A stretch of 64,000 bases of DNA from Macrostomum hystrix (GCA_950097015.1 CATNEN010000032.1:2356001-2420000); one strand, 5' to 3'; positions 48,836 to 62,285 are shown, counted from the stretch's first letter. Translations and numbers: made by a program. Notes: generated by a model from the letters alone, not told the origin.

Positions 48836-50184
48836 TAGGCCTTTTATTGAAAACAACGCATTTTTAAGCTTTTTTATTGTGTTTCGTCAAGCCTTTCTAG
48901 GATGCGTAACAAATATTTTTTAATGAAACAAATAACTGGCGCACTATAAATCGTTTGCTATTGGCACCATAGCCAGGCAAATCCATTTCAGAAGCGCAAT
49001 TCCAGCCATGTTACAGATTTTGGTTAGTTCTAACTATTGTGAGTTCAGTCATTTTTTAACGATAACAGACATTCTTTCTTTACGTGCTACTCACAAATGC
49101 ACACTGATCAGTAGCGTGCATAGGATTTTCGTGCATTTTTATTTTTCTGTCTTTAACTCTGTCCCGCGTTTTAGCAAATCGCTCTTATCAAGGTCGGCGC
49201 TTCAGCACTGCCGCGGGCCGTTTTAATGGTGCGCACTTTTTCCGCCCGAGCACTTTAAATGTTGAACAAAGCATTTTTACAGATGAACCCGGCCTTCGTT
49301 AAAGCCGAACTGTCAATTCTCCTAATGCCAAGAGTGTCATTGACTCACCGAAAATAAATATTGCTCTCAATAATTTACAGTAAACTGAATAGTTCACAGT
49401 TAATAGTAAGCTTTTCCCAAGCTGATCCCCCAGGGTCAGCGGTCGCATGGGCCACAATGCTCCTAGGCTTGCGTGTTGCAAAGACACGGGCACAGGTGAG
49501 TGTTTTTTGGCCAAAAACACCTTCGTGAAGGCGGGAGACCCATCATTTATCTAGCAACTTAATTACCTTACAATGCGCGTGGGAATACGCCCCCCAATGA
49601 TTAATAGTTTGTAGTCTTTTTCGTGAACTGAGGAACTGAACAGAGGATTGGCATTGATCGCTGTGATTGATTTTCTGGAAATATTTCAGTCACTTCTATC
49701 TAATTATTTCAATATTATGTTGGATTTTTAACTACAGGCTGTAAGGCACGTCACCCGATGGTTTTAATTAACATATTTTACTAATGATTTATTACTTCAC
49801 AGACGTCAAACAATCTGTGACGTCAGACAAACATCTCTCCGAGAACTGGTTTGAGATCTTTCTCAGTCCTTTTTGGCCCATTCCGACACCCGAGCCTACT
49901 ATAATACCCTTGAAATTAAAGATCGTTGTTTTTAAAACTCTCCACTCTGCACAATAACGAGGCAAGAATGACGAGTGAAAATATTTACGAGGGCTGGAAA
50001 TGTCTGGAAACTGCTTGCCTGAGTATTGAGGCGAGTTTTTCTTAGATTTGGAAAACAAAGAAATTCAATACGCAAATTGATCGCGGCGCTGCGAGGTTAG
50101 AAACGGGGCCCAGCATGCGGCTGACTGGCATGTGGGCCGCACGGATGACTCGAGAGGGCTGCTGCACGCGAGGCCTCCGGCCAG

Positions 50185-50231
50185 CCAATCAGCGAATCGG
50201 GAGGGGGCGGCCTAGCATTGTCCTCTATAAA
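50185..50231 (+). promoter_or_regulatory. putative Pol II core promoter of the GPCR gene (CCAAT 50185, GC box 50205, TATAAA 50226)
   Basis: Three motifs in canonical order and spacing. Confidence 0.5.
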
Positions 50232-50289
50232 GGACAGCTAGAGGGTTGTGAGTCTGGGCTCCTGACACACACGAGCAGTCAGACACCCG

Positions 50290-50985
50290 GGACAGACAGA
50301 ACAGACAGGAAAGACAGAAAAGAGTGGAAAGACAGTCACCCAGAAAAGACAAGATAGACAGTTACCCAGGACAAACAGAAAAGGCAAAGACACAGGACAG
50401 ACCAAAAGGACAGACTCCCAGAAAAGATAGAGCAGAAAGAACAGACAGGACAGACAGACAGGATAGACAGACAGGATAGACAACAGACAGACAGGACAGA
50501 CAGACAGGACAGACAGACAGGATAGACAACAGACAGACAGGACAGACAGACAGGATAGACAACAGACAGACAGGATAGACAACAGACAGACAGGATAGAC
50601 AACAGACAGACAGGATAGACAAAAGACAGACAGGATAGACAACAGACAGACAGGACAAACAGACAGGATAGACAGAACAGACAGACAGAACAGACAGGAC
50701 AGACAGACAGGATAGACAACAGACAGACAGGACAGACAGAACAGACAGACAGGACAGACAGACAGGATAGACAGAACAGACAGACAGGATAGACAGAACA
50801 GACAGACAGGATAGACAGGACAGACAGAACAGACAGGACAGACAGAACAGACAGGCAGGACAGACAGAACAGACGACAGGACAGACAGACAGGATAGACA
50901 GAACAGACAGACAGGATAGACAGGACAGACAGAACAGACAGGACAGACATAACGAACAGGACAGAAAGACACCCAGGACAGACAG
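50290..50985. repeat. (GACA/GGACAGA)-rich degenerate microsatellite directly upstream of the GPCR ATG
   Basis: Seen directly. Confidence 0.9.
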
Positions 50986-50992
50986 GACTCCG

Positions 50993-52162
50993 ATGTCCCC
51001 ATCGAGCTACACCGTGACGCTGGGCCTGACAGCGGGACTGGCGCTTCTGTCAGCCGTGCTCAACTCTGCTCTGTTGCGCGCCCTGCTCCGCTCCCGGCCG
51101 CGCCAGCGCACCTCGGGGATGCTGGCGCTCAGCTGCCTGGAGGTCGCACTCAGCCTGCTGCTGGCCAGCGCCATGCTGTGGCACGCCGAGGCGCCGCTGC
51201 CACTGCTGGACTCGGCGCACTCGCTGCAGATGACCCGCAACCACTGGCTGGTGGCGCTGGGCTCGATCCGGCTGGCCGCGCTGATCCGACCGCGTGGAAC
51301 CGCCGCGGCCGCCGCCACAGCAGCCGCCGCCGGCCGGGGTCGCTTCGGCAGGGCCCGCCAGCTGGCCCTGCTGGCCTGCCTCGGCGTTCTCTCCGGTGTA
51401 ACCCTGTTCGCTGTCGCGGTCGGATTCGAAGATCGAAGCTTCGCTGACGACGGCTCCGTCGCCACGGTCGCTGGTCCAGGTGGCAACTTGTCCAAATCGT
51501 TCGAAAAGCTCCTGGAGGATGCTTTCAACTTGACCGAGTTTCAGCGCCGCGCCAGAAGCATGCTGTTGAAGTACTCGGTGTTCTCGGCCGTCGGCGTTCT
51601 CGCTCCCGGCATCGCTGTAACTGGCATCACCGTCAAGACCGTCCACATCCTGCAGGCCGGACAGCTGCTGCACCCGGCGACCCGCCGGACCACCAAGGCC
51701 GTCGCCCTGCTCTGCGCCGCCTTCGTTGCCTGCCAGTTCCCGCTGGCCGCAGCCTACGTTGCCACCGCCGCCCACCTGTTGAGCCTGAGCGCTGCCTCCG
51801 CTGAGCACGTGGCCTCTGTGGTTGAGCTGCTCGAGTCCGTGAGCAGTTGGAGTCTGGCTCTGGTGCCCGCCGACTCCTGCCTGACGTTCCTCATCCTGGC
51901 CCGCTACAGCCGACACTTTCGCGCCCTCCTGCTTGGCAGATGCTGCTGCTGCGGCTGCTGCTGCTGCTGCTGCAACCCTCCATTGCCCTCTGGCGCTGAT
52001 GAGAACCCGGACGACGGTGAACACAGCCGTCGATTTCGACGACATGGTCGCAACAATCAGAACGAGAATGCCGACATGATGGCGATGTATCAGCTGACGA
52101 GCGCCAACCAGGTCACCGCCGGGGTCTCCTCGTCTGCGGAGCCGGAGCACGAGAACGGCTGA
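50993..52162 (+). CDS. intronless divergent class A (rhodopsin-like) GPCR, 389 aa
   Basis: About seven hydrophobic segments; TM1 VLNS, TM3 LGSIRLAALIRP (DRY-equivalent), TM6 FVACQFP, TM7/H8 DSCLTFLILARYSRHFR; Cys-rich tail; AATAAA at 52224. Confidence 0.8.
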   Translation: MSPSSYTVTLGLTAGLALLSAVLNSALLRALLRSRPRQRTSGMLALSCLEVALSLLLASAMLWHAEAPLPLLDSAHSLQMTRNHWLVALGSIRLAALIRPRGTAAAAATAAAAGRGRFGRARQLALLACLGVLSGVTLFAVAVGFEDRSFADDGSVATVAGPGGNLSKSFEKLLEDAFNLTEFQRRARSMLLKYSVFSAVGVLAPGIAVTGITVKTVHILQAGQLLHPATRRTTKAVALLCAAFVACQFPLAAAYVATAAHLLSLSAASAEHVASVVELLESVSSWSLALVPADSCLTFLILARYSRHFRALLLGRCCCCGCCCCCCNPPLPSGADENPDDGEHSRRFRRHGRNNQNENADMMAMYQLTSANQVTAGVSSSAEPEHENG

Positions 52163-52484
52163 TGGCGCACATTGAGCAGTCTTGAGCAGTCTTGAGCAGT
52201 CGTTGAAAGTGACTCGATAAGCAAATAAAAAGTTTCCGATTTCATGATGTCCTATTCACTTTATTAACTAGATATGTCAATTGTGTGTTTCAAAACGCTT
52301 AATAAAATATAAACCATAAATGAAATGTGTAAAAATGAAATACGCGCGTAATTGTCAATGTGTTCAAAATGAACTGGAAATCATGCACTCGCATAGATTT
52401 GATATTTCACACAACTCAATTTGTCTATAGCAACCCATAGTATATAATGTACCATATTCAGCCATTCATCTATTTTACAATGAC

Positions 52485-53288
52485 ATTAACCCATATGTTA
52501 AGAACATTCACCCATATAAGAACATTCACCCATATGTTAAGAACATTCACCCATATTTTAAGAACATTCACCCATATTTTAAGGACATTCACCCATATTT
52601 TAAGAACATTCACCCATATTTTAAGAACATTCACCCATATTTTAAGGACATTCACCCATATTTTAAGGACATTCACCCATATTTTAAGGACATTCACCCA
52701 TACTTTAGTCATATTCACCCATACTTTAATGACATTCACCCATATTTTAAGGACATTCACTCAAACTTTAAGGAGATTAACCCATACTTTAAGGACCTTC
52801 ACCCATACTTTAATCATATTCACCCATACTTTAATCATATCCACCCATACTTTAAGGACCTTCACCCATACTTTAATCATATTCACCCATACTTTCAGGA
52901 CCTTCACCCATACTTTAATCATATTCACCCATACTTTAATCATATCCACCCATACTTTAATCATATTCACCCATACTTTTATCATATTCACCCATACTTT
53001 AAGGTCATTCACCCATACTTTAATGATATTCCCCCATACTTTAATGATATTCCCCCATACTTTAATGATATTCCCCCATACTTTAATGATATTCCCCCAT
53101 ACTTTAATGATATTCCCCCATACTTTAATGATATTCACCCATACTTTAATGATATTCACCCATACTTTAATGATATTCCCCCATACTTTAATGATATTCC
53201 CCCATACTTTAAGGACATTCACCCATACTTTAATCATATTCACCCATACTTTAATCATATTCACCCATACTTTAATGACATTCACTCA
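52485..53288. repeat. 21-bp minisatellite (CACCCATATTTTAAGAACATT and variants)
   Basis: Direct tandem repeat with a polarised variant gradient. Confidence 0.95.
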
Positions 53289-53849
53289 GAAAACAATATC
53301 ATTGACAATCGTTAGATTTCATGGCGGAACAATCTCCCAAATCATATTATTTTACAACAGGGATTCAATCTGAGCAGGAAGTAGTTTATCAGCGAATTTG
53401 GATGCAATGCGCTTTGAGATAAGGCTTAATTCCAGATTGAAAACTATTGGGAAATATAAAATCTTTCTAATTTGTTCAGGGATTTTGGGAATTCCACGGC
53501 AATGCTCGCTACAGTGCAAGGGCGCATTTGGTACAAAAAGACGGGCCAGTAGGAATTGTGCTCAAGACACACAGGTTCACGTTCTCAAAACTTACAAAAG
53601 AGCAGCTCTCACTCGCCTATTGAGATCCTCAAAAACAAGAAAAATCCTTTATAACGAAATAAAGATCTTATTAAGGAGGCTGTAAAAGTAAAATTTCTTT
53701 GTTATTATGCCATCAAAGTATGAGACTATCACATTTCAGCCATACAGTCAGTCATCTAGATGATCCCTAAATCTCTAACCTAGTCTTCTGAGAATAACTG
53801 AAATTTATAGCCGAACATCTCAGTCTTTTAATACAAATATCAGCCTAAA

Positions 53850-54530
53850 TCTCACCCGAATCTCATCCGGAATCCCATCCTGAATCTGATCCTGAATCTC
53901 ATCCTGAATCCCATCCTGAATCTCATTCTGAATCTCATCCTGAATCTCATCCTGAATCCCATCCTGAATCTCATTCTGAATCTCATCCTGAATCTCATCC
54001 TGAATCCCATCCTGAATCTCATCCTGAATCTCATCCTGAATCTCATCCTGAATCCCATCCTGAATCTCATCCTGAATCTCGTCCTGAATCTCATCCTGAA
54101 TCTCATCCTGAATCCCATCCTGAATCTCGTCCTGAATCTCATCCTGAATCTCATCCTGAATCCCATCCTGAATCTCATCCTGAATCTCATCCTGAATCTC
54201 ATCCTGAATCCCATCCTGAATCTCATCCTGAATCTCGTCCTGAATCTCATCCTGAATCTCATCCTGAATCCCATCCTGAATCTCATCCTGAATCTCATCC
54301 TGAATCCCATCCTGAATCTCATCCTGAATCTCGTCCTGAATCTCATCCTGAATCTCATCCTGAATCCCATCCTGAACCTCATCCTCAATCCAATCCTGAA
54401 TCTCATCCTGAATCTCATCCTGAATCTCGTCCTGAATCTCATCCTGAATCCAATCCTGAATCTCATCCTCAATCCCATCCTGAATCTCATCCTGAATCTC
54501 ATGTTCAATTCCATCCTAAATCTCGTCCTA
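53850..54530. repeat. 12-bp minisatellite (CTGAATCTCATC)n
   Basis: Direct tandem repeat. Confidence 0.95.
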
Positions 54531-55208
54531 AATCGCATTCGGAGATTGGGAAGCCATGGGAATCTCATTCGGAGATTGGGAAGCCATGGGAATCTCATTC
54601 GGAGATTGGGAAGCCATGGGAATCGCATTCGGAGATTGGGAAGCCATGGGAATCTCATTCGGAGATTGGGAAGCCATGGGAATCGCATTCGGAGATTGGG
54701 AAGCCATGGGAATCTCATTCGGAGATTGGGAAGCCATGGGAATCTCATTCGGAGATTGGGAAGCCATGGGAATCTCATTCGGAGATTGGGAAGCCATGGG
54801 AATCTCATTCGGAGATTGGGAAGCCATGGGAATCGCATTCGGAGATTGGGAAGCCATGGGAATCTCATTCGGAGATTGGGAAGCCATGGGAATCTCATTC
54901 GGAGATTGGGAAGCCATGGGAATCTCATTCGGAGATTGGGAAGCCATGGGAATCTCATTCGGAGATTGGGAAGCCTATGGGAATCTCATTCGGAGATTGG
55001 GAAGCCATGGGAATCTCATTCGGAGATTGGGAAGCCATGGGAATCTCATTCGGAGATTGGGAAGCCATGGGAATCTCATTCGGAGATTGGGAAGCCATGG
55101 GAATCTCATTCGGAGATTGGGAAGCCATGGGAATCGCATTCGGAGATTGGGAAGCCATGGGAATCTCATTCGGAGATTGGGAAGCCATGGGAATCGCATT
55201 CGGAGATT
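54531..55208. repeat. 30-bp minisatellite (GGAGATTGGGAAGCCATGGGAATCTCATTC)n
   Basis: Near-perfect tandem repeat. Confidence 0.96.
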
Positions 55209-56227
55209 GAAAATATTTTTCTCATTTTTTCCTTAAAAAAGAACGAAGATTCTTAGTTATCCCCAGAAAGTCCTTAGTAGTTTGTGAGTGCATTATTAAA
55301 CATCAACAGTTGCTGATAAAATTGATGAGTAATGAGTCAGTTGATTAGAAAGCAAATTCCCACAGCTTGCAACACCTGATCCCTAAATTGCATGCCCCAT
55401 GCTGGCACTTTCATCAGGACAATTTTTCGTTTCGTAATTTTGTGTCTAAGGTAATTGTTCTGAATAAATGCCGCTTTTGCTATTTGAAATTGACCAATTG
55501 ATTTCAATGTTAGGCTTCAAAATATTATGAAAATTGAGCCGCCCCTGCAATCCAGGTAGGGCCTGCGATTTCCTGGCTTGAAAACTAATTGGATTAACTA
55601 ATCAAGGTGGGAACGGACGGACACCGTGGGGCTGGTCGGTGTGTTCTTCCGCTCATTGGAAATCGAACACCTGCCACCCGCTGCGCTGTTTAATTTCCGA
55701 GAAACGTCCGGCTGAGGCCGCTTATAAATTGATATAATAATATGCCTATAGTTCTACTAATGAGTAGCTTGATGGAACATTTTAGAAACACATTAAAATT
55801 AATATTACCTATCTTCAGCGCCAAACACAGGTGGTAAATTAATGCGCATTCTTTGCATAATTACTTTGCAGAAGGTGCGCAGGTCGACACAGCGAGAAAA
55901 GCGTAGAAAAATAATGTAGATATATAATTGCTACTTAAAGTCACTGCAACTTACTTTGGCGGTGCTAAAGTTATTCGGCAATAAGCTGCAATTAGTGCAT
56001 AAAACTGACGCGAAGTAAAACAAAGCTTAAAGCCTCCACGCGGTTCAAAATAATTTACATTTTCGGTGAAAAAAAGTTGTTCGAAAACAGACTTTCTCAT
56101 TACTTTATTGTAATAACGTGCGAATAACCTATGTAACAAATATACATGATTTTTGAAAAAACGTAGTAATTAATATATTATATCATATCGAATTTTTTAA
56201 ACAAAAGTAACACTCCTTCGCAGGAAA

Positions 56228-57775
56228 CTCTCCATCTCAGTAAACTCTCATTCCTTCTCACTAAACTCTCATTCCTTCTCAGTAAACTCTCATTCCTTCT
56301 CACTAAACTCTCATTCCATCTCACTAAACTCTCATTCCATCTCAGTAAACTCTCATTCCTTCTCAGTAAACTCTCATTCCATCTCACTAAACTCTCATTC
56401 CTTCTCACTAAACTCTCATTCCTTCTCACTAAACTCTCATTCCTTCTCAGTAAACTCTCATTCCATCTCACTAAACTCTCATTCCATCTCACTAAACTCT
56501 CATTCCTTCTCACAAAACTCTCATTCCTTCTCAGTAAACTCTCATTCCATCTCACTAAACTCTCATTCCATCTCACTAAACTCTCATTCCTTCTCACTAA
56601 ACTCTCATTCCTTCTCAGTAAACTCTCATTCCTTCTCACTAAACTCTCATTCCATCTCACTAAACTCTCATTCCTTCTCACTAAACTCTCATTCCTTCTC
56701 AGTAAACTCTCATTCCTTCTCACTAAACTCTCATTCCATCTCACTAAACTCGCATTCCATCTCAGTAAACTCTCATTCCTTCTCAGTAAACTCTCATTCC
56801 ATCTCACTAAACTCTCATTCCTTCTCCCTCAACTCTCATTCCTTCTCAGTAAACTCTCATTCCTTCTCACTCAACTCTCATTTCATCTCAGTAAACTCTC
56901 AATCCTTCTCAGTAAAACTCAATCCTTCTTAGTAAACTCGCATTCCATTTCAGTAAACTCTCATTCCATCTTAGTAAACTCTCATTCCATCTCACTAAAC
57001 TCTCATTCCTTCTCAGTAAACTCTCATTCCTTCTCACTAAACTCTCAATCCTTCTTAGTAAACTCGCATTCCATTTCACTAAACTCTCATTCCTTCTCAG
57101 TAAACTCTCATTCCTTCTCAGTAAACTCTCATTCCTTCTCAGTAAACTCTCATTCCATCTCACTAAACTCTCATTCCTTCTCAGTAAACTCTCAATCCTT
57201 CTCAGTAAAACTCAATCCTTCTTAGTAAACTCGCATTCCATTTCAGTAAACTCGCATTCCATCTCAGTAAACTCTCATTCCATCTTAGTAAACTCTCATT
57301 CCATCTCACTAAACTCTCATTCCTTCTCAGTAAACTCTCATTCCTTCTCACTAAACTCTCATTCCTTCTCAGTAAACTCTCATTCCTTCTCAGTAAACTC
57401 TCATTCCTTCTCACTAAACTCTCATTCCTTCTCACTAAACTCTCATTCCTTCTCAGCAAACTCTCATTCCTTCTCAGTAAACTCTCATTCCTTCTCACTA
57501 AACTCTCATTCCTTCTCAGTAAACTCTCATTCCTTCTCACTAAACTCTCATTCCTTCTCACTAAACTCTCATTCCTTCTCAGCAAACTCTCATTCCTTCT
57601 CAGTAAACTCTCATTCCATCTCAGTAAACTCTCATTCCTTCTCAGTAAACTCTCAATCCATCTCAGTAAACTCTCATTCGATCTCAGTAAACTCTCATTC
57701 CTTCTCAGTAAACTCTCAATCCTTCTTAGTAGACTCTTATTCCATTTCAGTAAACACTCAATTCTCTCAAATAAA
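56228..57775. repeat. 21-bp minisatellite (AGTAAACTCTCATTCCTTCTC)n
   Basis: Direct tandem repeat. Confidence 0.96.
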
Positions 57776-57814
57776 CAGTGAGATATCGAATGAGTCTCAT
57801 TGTTGCATGCTGTT

Positions 57815-60800
57815 TCACAGCGCTGTGGTAAATTTTCCGACCTTGCCATTCTCATTGCTTCCATCGCCAATCGCCGTGTCGCTGTCGCCGTTGAAACCTT
57901 CGTTATCGTCGCCAGATTCTTCCAGATCCGCTCCGGACAGGGCCTCTACCACGCCAGCACCGACGCAGTCGCCCCAAACGTTGATCGACGTGCGTAGACG
58001 GTCGCTGGTAATTATGCAGTCAGTTTGAGTAGAGTGACTTCACTCAGTCAGTTTGAGTAGAGTGACTTCACTCAGTCAGTTTGAGTAGAGTGACTTCACT
58101 CAGTCAGTTTGAGTAGAGTGACTTCACTCAGTCAGTTTGAGTAGAGTGACTTCACTCAGTCAGTTTGAGTAGAGTGACTTCACTCAGTCAGTTTGAGTAG
58201 AGTGACTTCACTCAGTCAGTTTGAGTAGAGTGACTTCACTCAGTCAGTTTGAGTAGAGTGACTTCACTCAGTCAGTTTGAGTAGAGTGACTTCACTCAGT
58301 CAGTTTGAGTAGAGTGACTTCACTCAGTCAGTTTGAGTAGAGTGACTTCACTCAGCCACTAATGAGTATTCAAAAGCGATACAGCAGGCACACAAACCGT
58401 CTACTTGCCATTTTCGCACTCACAGGAACCAATCGATGGCCAGGATGAGGGTGACGTCATCGGTTGGAAGGCCCACCGCGGTCAGCACGATCACCATGGT
58501 AACGAGGCCGGCTTCAGGGACGCCGGCGGCGCCCACGGCGGCCGCGGTTGCCGTCAGGCTGACGGTGATGAGCTTGGCAAAGTCCAGCGTGATGCCGTTG
58601 ACCTGGGCGATGAACACGGAGGCGACGGCTTCGTACAGGGCGGTGCCGTCCATGTTGATGGTGGCGCCCACCGGCAGCACGAAGCGGGAGACCTGGAGGC
58701 GCCGAGGGTATGCAAGTGACAGACACCATTTTTGGAGTGACAGACACCCTACTGGAGTGACAGACACCCTACTGGAGTGACAGACACCCTACTGGAGTGA
58801 CAGACACCCTACTGGAGTGACAGACACCATTTTTGGAGTGACAGACACCCTGCTGGAGTGACAGACACCCTGCTGGAGTGACAGACACCATTGTTGGAGT
58901 GACAGACACCATTGCTGGAGTGACAGACACCATTGTTGGAGTGACAGACACCCTACTGGAGTGACAGACACCCTACTGTAGTGACAGACACCCTACTGGA
59001 GTGACAGACACCATTGTTGGAGTGACAGACACCCTACTGGAGTGACAGACACCCTACTGGAGTGACAGACACCATTTTTGGAGTGACAGACACCCTGCTG
59101 GAGTGACAGACACCATTGTTGGAGTGACAGATACCCTAATGGAGTGACAGACACCCTAATGGAGTGAGAGACACCCTACTGGAGTGACAGACACCCTACT
59201 GGAGTGACAGACACCCTACTGGAGTGACAGACACCTTTTTTGGAGTGACAGACACCCTGCTGGAGTGACAGACACCCTGCTGGAGTGACAGACACCCTGC
59301 TGGAGTGACAGACACCCTGCTGGAGTGACAGACACCCTGCTGGAGTGACAGATACCATTGTTGGAGTGACAGACACCCTACTGGAGTGACAGAGACCCTA
59401 CTGGAGTGACAGACACAATTTTTGGAGTGACAGACACCCTGCTGGAGTGAAAGACACCATTGTTGGAGTGACAGACACCCTACTGGAGTGACAGACACCC
59501 TACTGGAGTGACAGAGACCCTACTGGAGTGACAGCTCACCCGCTTGCTGACGCCGTTAATCTCCTCGATGCAGTAGAGAGTGACAGGCAGGGTGGCGGAG
59601 CTGGAGGCGGTGCTGACTGCAGTCAGGAGGGCTCGCATGCAGCCGAACATGTAGCGGAATGGGTTGCGCCTCACGAAGATCAGGTAGATGAGGGGCAGCA
59701 CGATGAAGCCGTGGATCACCAGGCCGGTGATCACCGTGACTGCGTACAGGCCGAGCTGGGACAGCGTCTCGGCCACGTTCTTCATCTCGATGATCTTGCT
59801 GGAGATCAGGAACACGATGCCCACCGGGGTGAACCTGCGGACGATGGATCGTGGCGAGGTCAAATACTCATTTATCACTCATTTATCATTCATTTATCAT
59901 TCATTTATCATTCATTTATCATTCATTCATCATTTATTTGGAGAAGTAAACCGACAGATGGGCAGACAACGGGCGGGCCTCACCAGATGATGAGGCGCAC
60001 GACAACCAGCACCGCCTCGCTGCAGCCGTCGAAGAACTGCCGGGCCACCTGGCCGCGCTCTCCGATCCGGCTGAGCGCCACCCCGAAGGCCAGGGAGAAC
60101 ACGATGATGCCCAGCAGGTTGCTGCCCCAGACGCTCTCCACCTTGGGGACGTAGTCATAGGCCGGTGCGGCGGTCGGCTTCGCGGTCGGCGTTGCGGTGA
60201 CATTCGCCGAGTCAGCCACGGTCCTGGTTTCAATGCTGGTTGTAGTGTCAGCGGCTGTGGCATTGGGATCCATAGTCCATGGGCCAATCGTGGTGACAGT
60301 CGGCACAATGAAGCTCATGCTTGTCTGCACTTTGCGCACGCATGCGTCCACAACGTTGTCTGGGAATGCGTTTCTGTGGACGAAATGCGAACGCAAGTGA
60401 GAGTTCGGTTGGTTTGAGAGTTCGGTTGGTCTGAGAGTTCGGTTGGTTTGAGAGTTCGGTTGGTCTGAGAGTTCGGTTGGTTTGAGAGTTCGGTTGGTTT
60501 GAGAGTTCGGTTGGTCTGAGAGTTCGGTTGGTCTGAGAGTTCGGTTGGTCTGAGAGTTCGGTTGGTCTGAGAGTTCGGTTGGTTTGAGAGTTCGGTTGGT
60601 TTGAGAGTTCGGTTGGTTTGAGAGTTCGGTTGGTCTGAGAGTTCGGTTGGTCTGAGAGTTCGGTTGGTCTGAGAGTTCGGTTGGTCTGAGAGTTCGGTTG
60701 GTTTGAGAGTTCGGTTGGTTTGAGAGTTCGGTTGGTTTGAGAGTTCGGTTGGTTTGAGAGTTCGGTTGGTTTGAGAGTTCGGTTGGTTTGACATTTCGGT

Positions 60801-62285
60801 TGGTTTGAGAGTTCGGTTGGTCTGAGAGTTCGGTTGGTTTGAGAGTTCGGTTGGTTTGAGAGTTAGGTTGGTTTGAGAGTTCGGTTGGTCTGAGAGTTCG
60901 GTTGGTCTGAGAGTTCGGTTGGTCTGAGAGTTCGGTTGGTCTGAGAGTTCGGTTGGTTTGAGAGTTCGGTTGGTTTGAGAGTTCGGTTGGTTTGAGAGTT
61001 CGGTTGGTCTGAGAGTTCGGTTGGTTTGAGAGTTCGGTTGGTCTGAGAGTTCGGTTGGTCTGAGAGTTCGGTTGGTTTGAGAGTTCGGTTGGTCTGAGAG
61101 TTCGGTTGGTTTGACATTTCGGTTGGTTTGAGAGTTCGGTTGGTTTGAGAGTTTGGTTGGTTTGAGAGTTCGGTTGGTTTGAGAGTTCGGTTGGTCTGAG
61201 AGTTCGGTTGGTCTGAGAGTTCGGTTGGTTTGAGAGTTCGGTTGGTTTGAGAGTTCGGTTGGTTTGAGAGTTCGGTTGGTTTGAGAGTTCGGTTGGTTTG
61301 AGAGTTCGGTTGGTCTGAGAGTTCGGTTGGTCTGAGAGTTCGGTTGGTCTGAGAGTTCGGTTGGTCTGAGAGTTCGGTTGGTCTGAGAGTTCGGTTGGTT
61401 TGAGAGTTCGGTTGGTCTGAGAGTTCGGTTGGTTTGAGAGTTCGGTTGGTCTGAGAGTTCGGTTGGTTTGAGAGTTCGGTTGGTTTGAGAGTTCGGTTGG
61501 TTTGAGAGTTCATCTTTGTTCAATAATATAAGATTTAACAATATAATCAATAAGGATAGCCGGCATGGTTTCATGATGAGATTTTGTGAGCTGAAAAACT
61601 ATGCCTACATTGGTGGTTTTAGCCACCATACACCCGGACAAGAATCGTTGAATATCTGGACAATGCCTGTGTTTTGTGATTCTGGAAGTTGTTTGATCAG
61701 ATAGAGCGGAACATTTTAGCCCGTATTCTGGATTTTCATGAGGATTGGCTGAAAACTTTGGGAGTTCGATGGTTCGAGAGCGCCTCACCGGATCAGGTCG
61801 AGCAGTGAGTCCACAGCGTTCACCAGCTTTGAGGATCCCTGTCGCAGCATTTTCTCTGAGCTCTCGGAGCTGCCAGGCCGAATGCTGACCACCAGCACGA
61901 TGCCTATGATGACAGCAATCAGTGTGGTACAGGTGTAGTAGACCACAGCTCGCAGGCCGATCCAGGAGGACGCATTCCGACCCAGCGAGGACATCCCGGA
62001 GATCATCGAGGTGACGACCAGCGGCAGGATCACCATCTGCAGCATTCTGAGCAGCAGTTCGCCAGGGAACTTGTAGTAGGCGAGCTCTCTGGCCGTCCAG
62101 ACAGGCTTGGCGTAGCGCAAGCCGACTCCCAGGCCGATGCCAACCGCCACGCCAAGGATGAGGCAGAGCACGAACACGTTTCGCCTGAGGAAGTCGCGAC
62201 AGCAGCCGGGGGAGCAGGACGGAGGTCTGGCGCAGCGGCCGGACCTGCGACCGGAGCGGAGGCTCTGGCTGGAGGTTGACGGCAT
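57815..62285 (-). CDS. SLC1A: excitatory amino acid (glutamate/aspartate) transporter, SLC1A/EAAT family, 546 aa; exons 62285-61789, 60373-59984, 59834-59540, 58692-58424, 58004-57815
   Basis: [35 protein letters not shown] and [16 protein letters not shown]; retains the TM8 Arg that distinguishes acidic-substrate EAATs from ASCTs; exons sum to 1641 nt in frame. Confidence 0.96.
58016..58356. repeat. perfect 28-bp intronic repeat, about 12 copies (AGTCAGTTTGAGTAGAGTGACTTCACTC)
   Basis: Identical units, each with a GAGTG/CACTC hairpin. Confidence 0.96.
58716..59533. repeat. 20-21-bp intronic minisatellite (GTGACAGACACCCTACTGGA)n
   Basis: SLC1A intron. Confidence 0.95.
60398..61512. repeat. 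17-bp intronic minisatellite (GAGAGTTCGGTTGGTTT)n
   Basis: SLC1A intron. Confidence 0.96.

Noticed and set aside
51007-52150. 366-aa and 173-aa antisense ORFs
   Set aside because: Shadows of the GC-rich GPCR coding strand
52447-57163. ORFs such as THILRTF, MRFPWLPNL, RRNESL repeats
   Set aside because: Translations of 12-, 21- and 30-bp satellites
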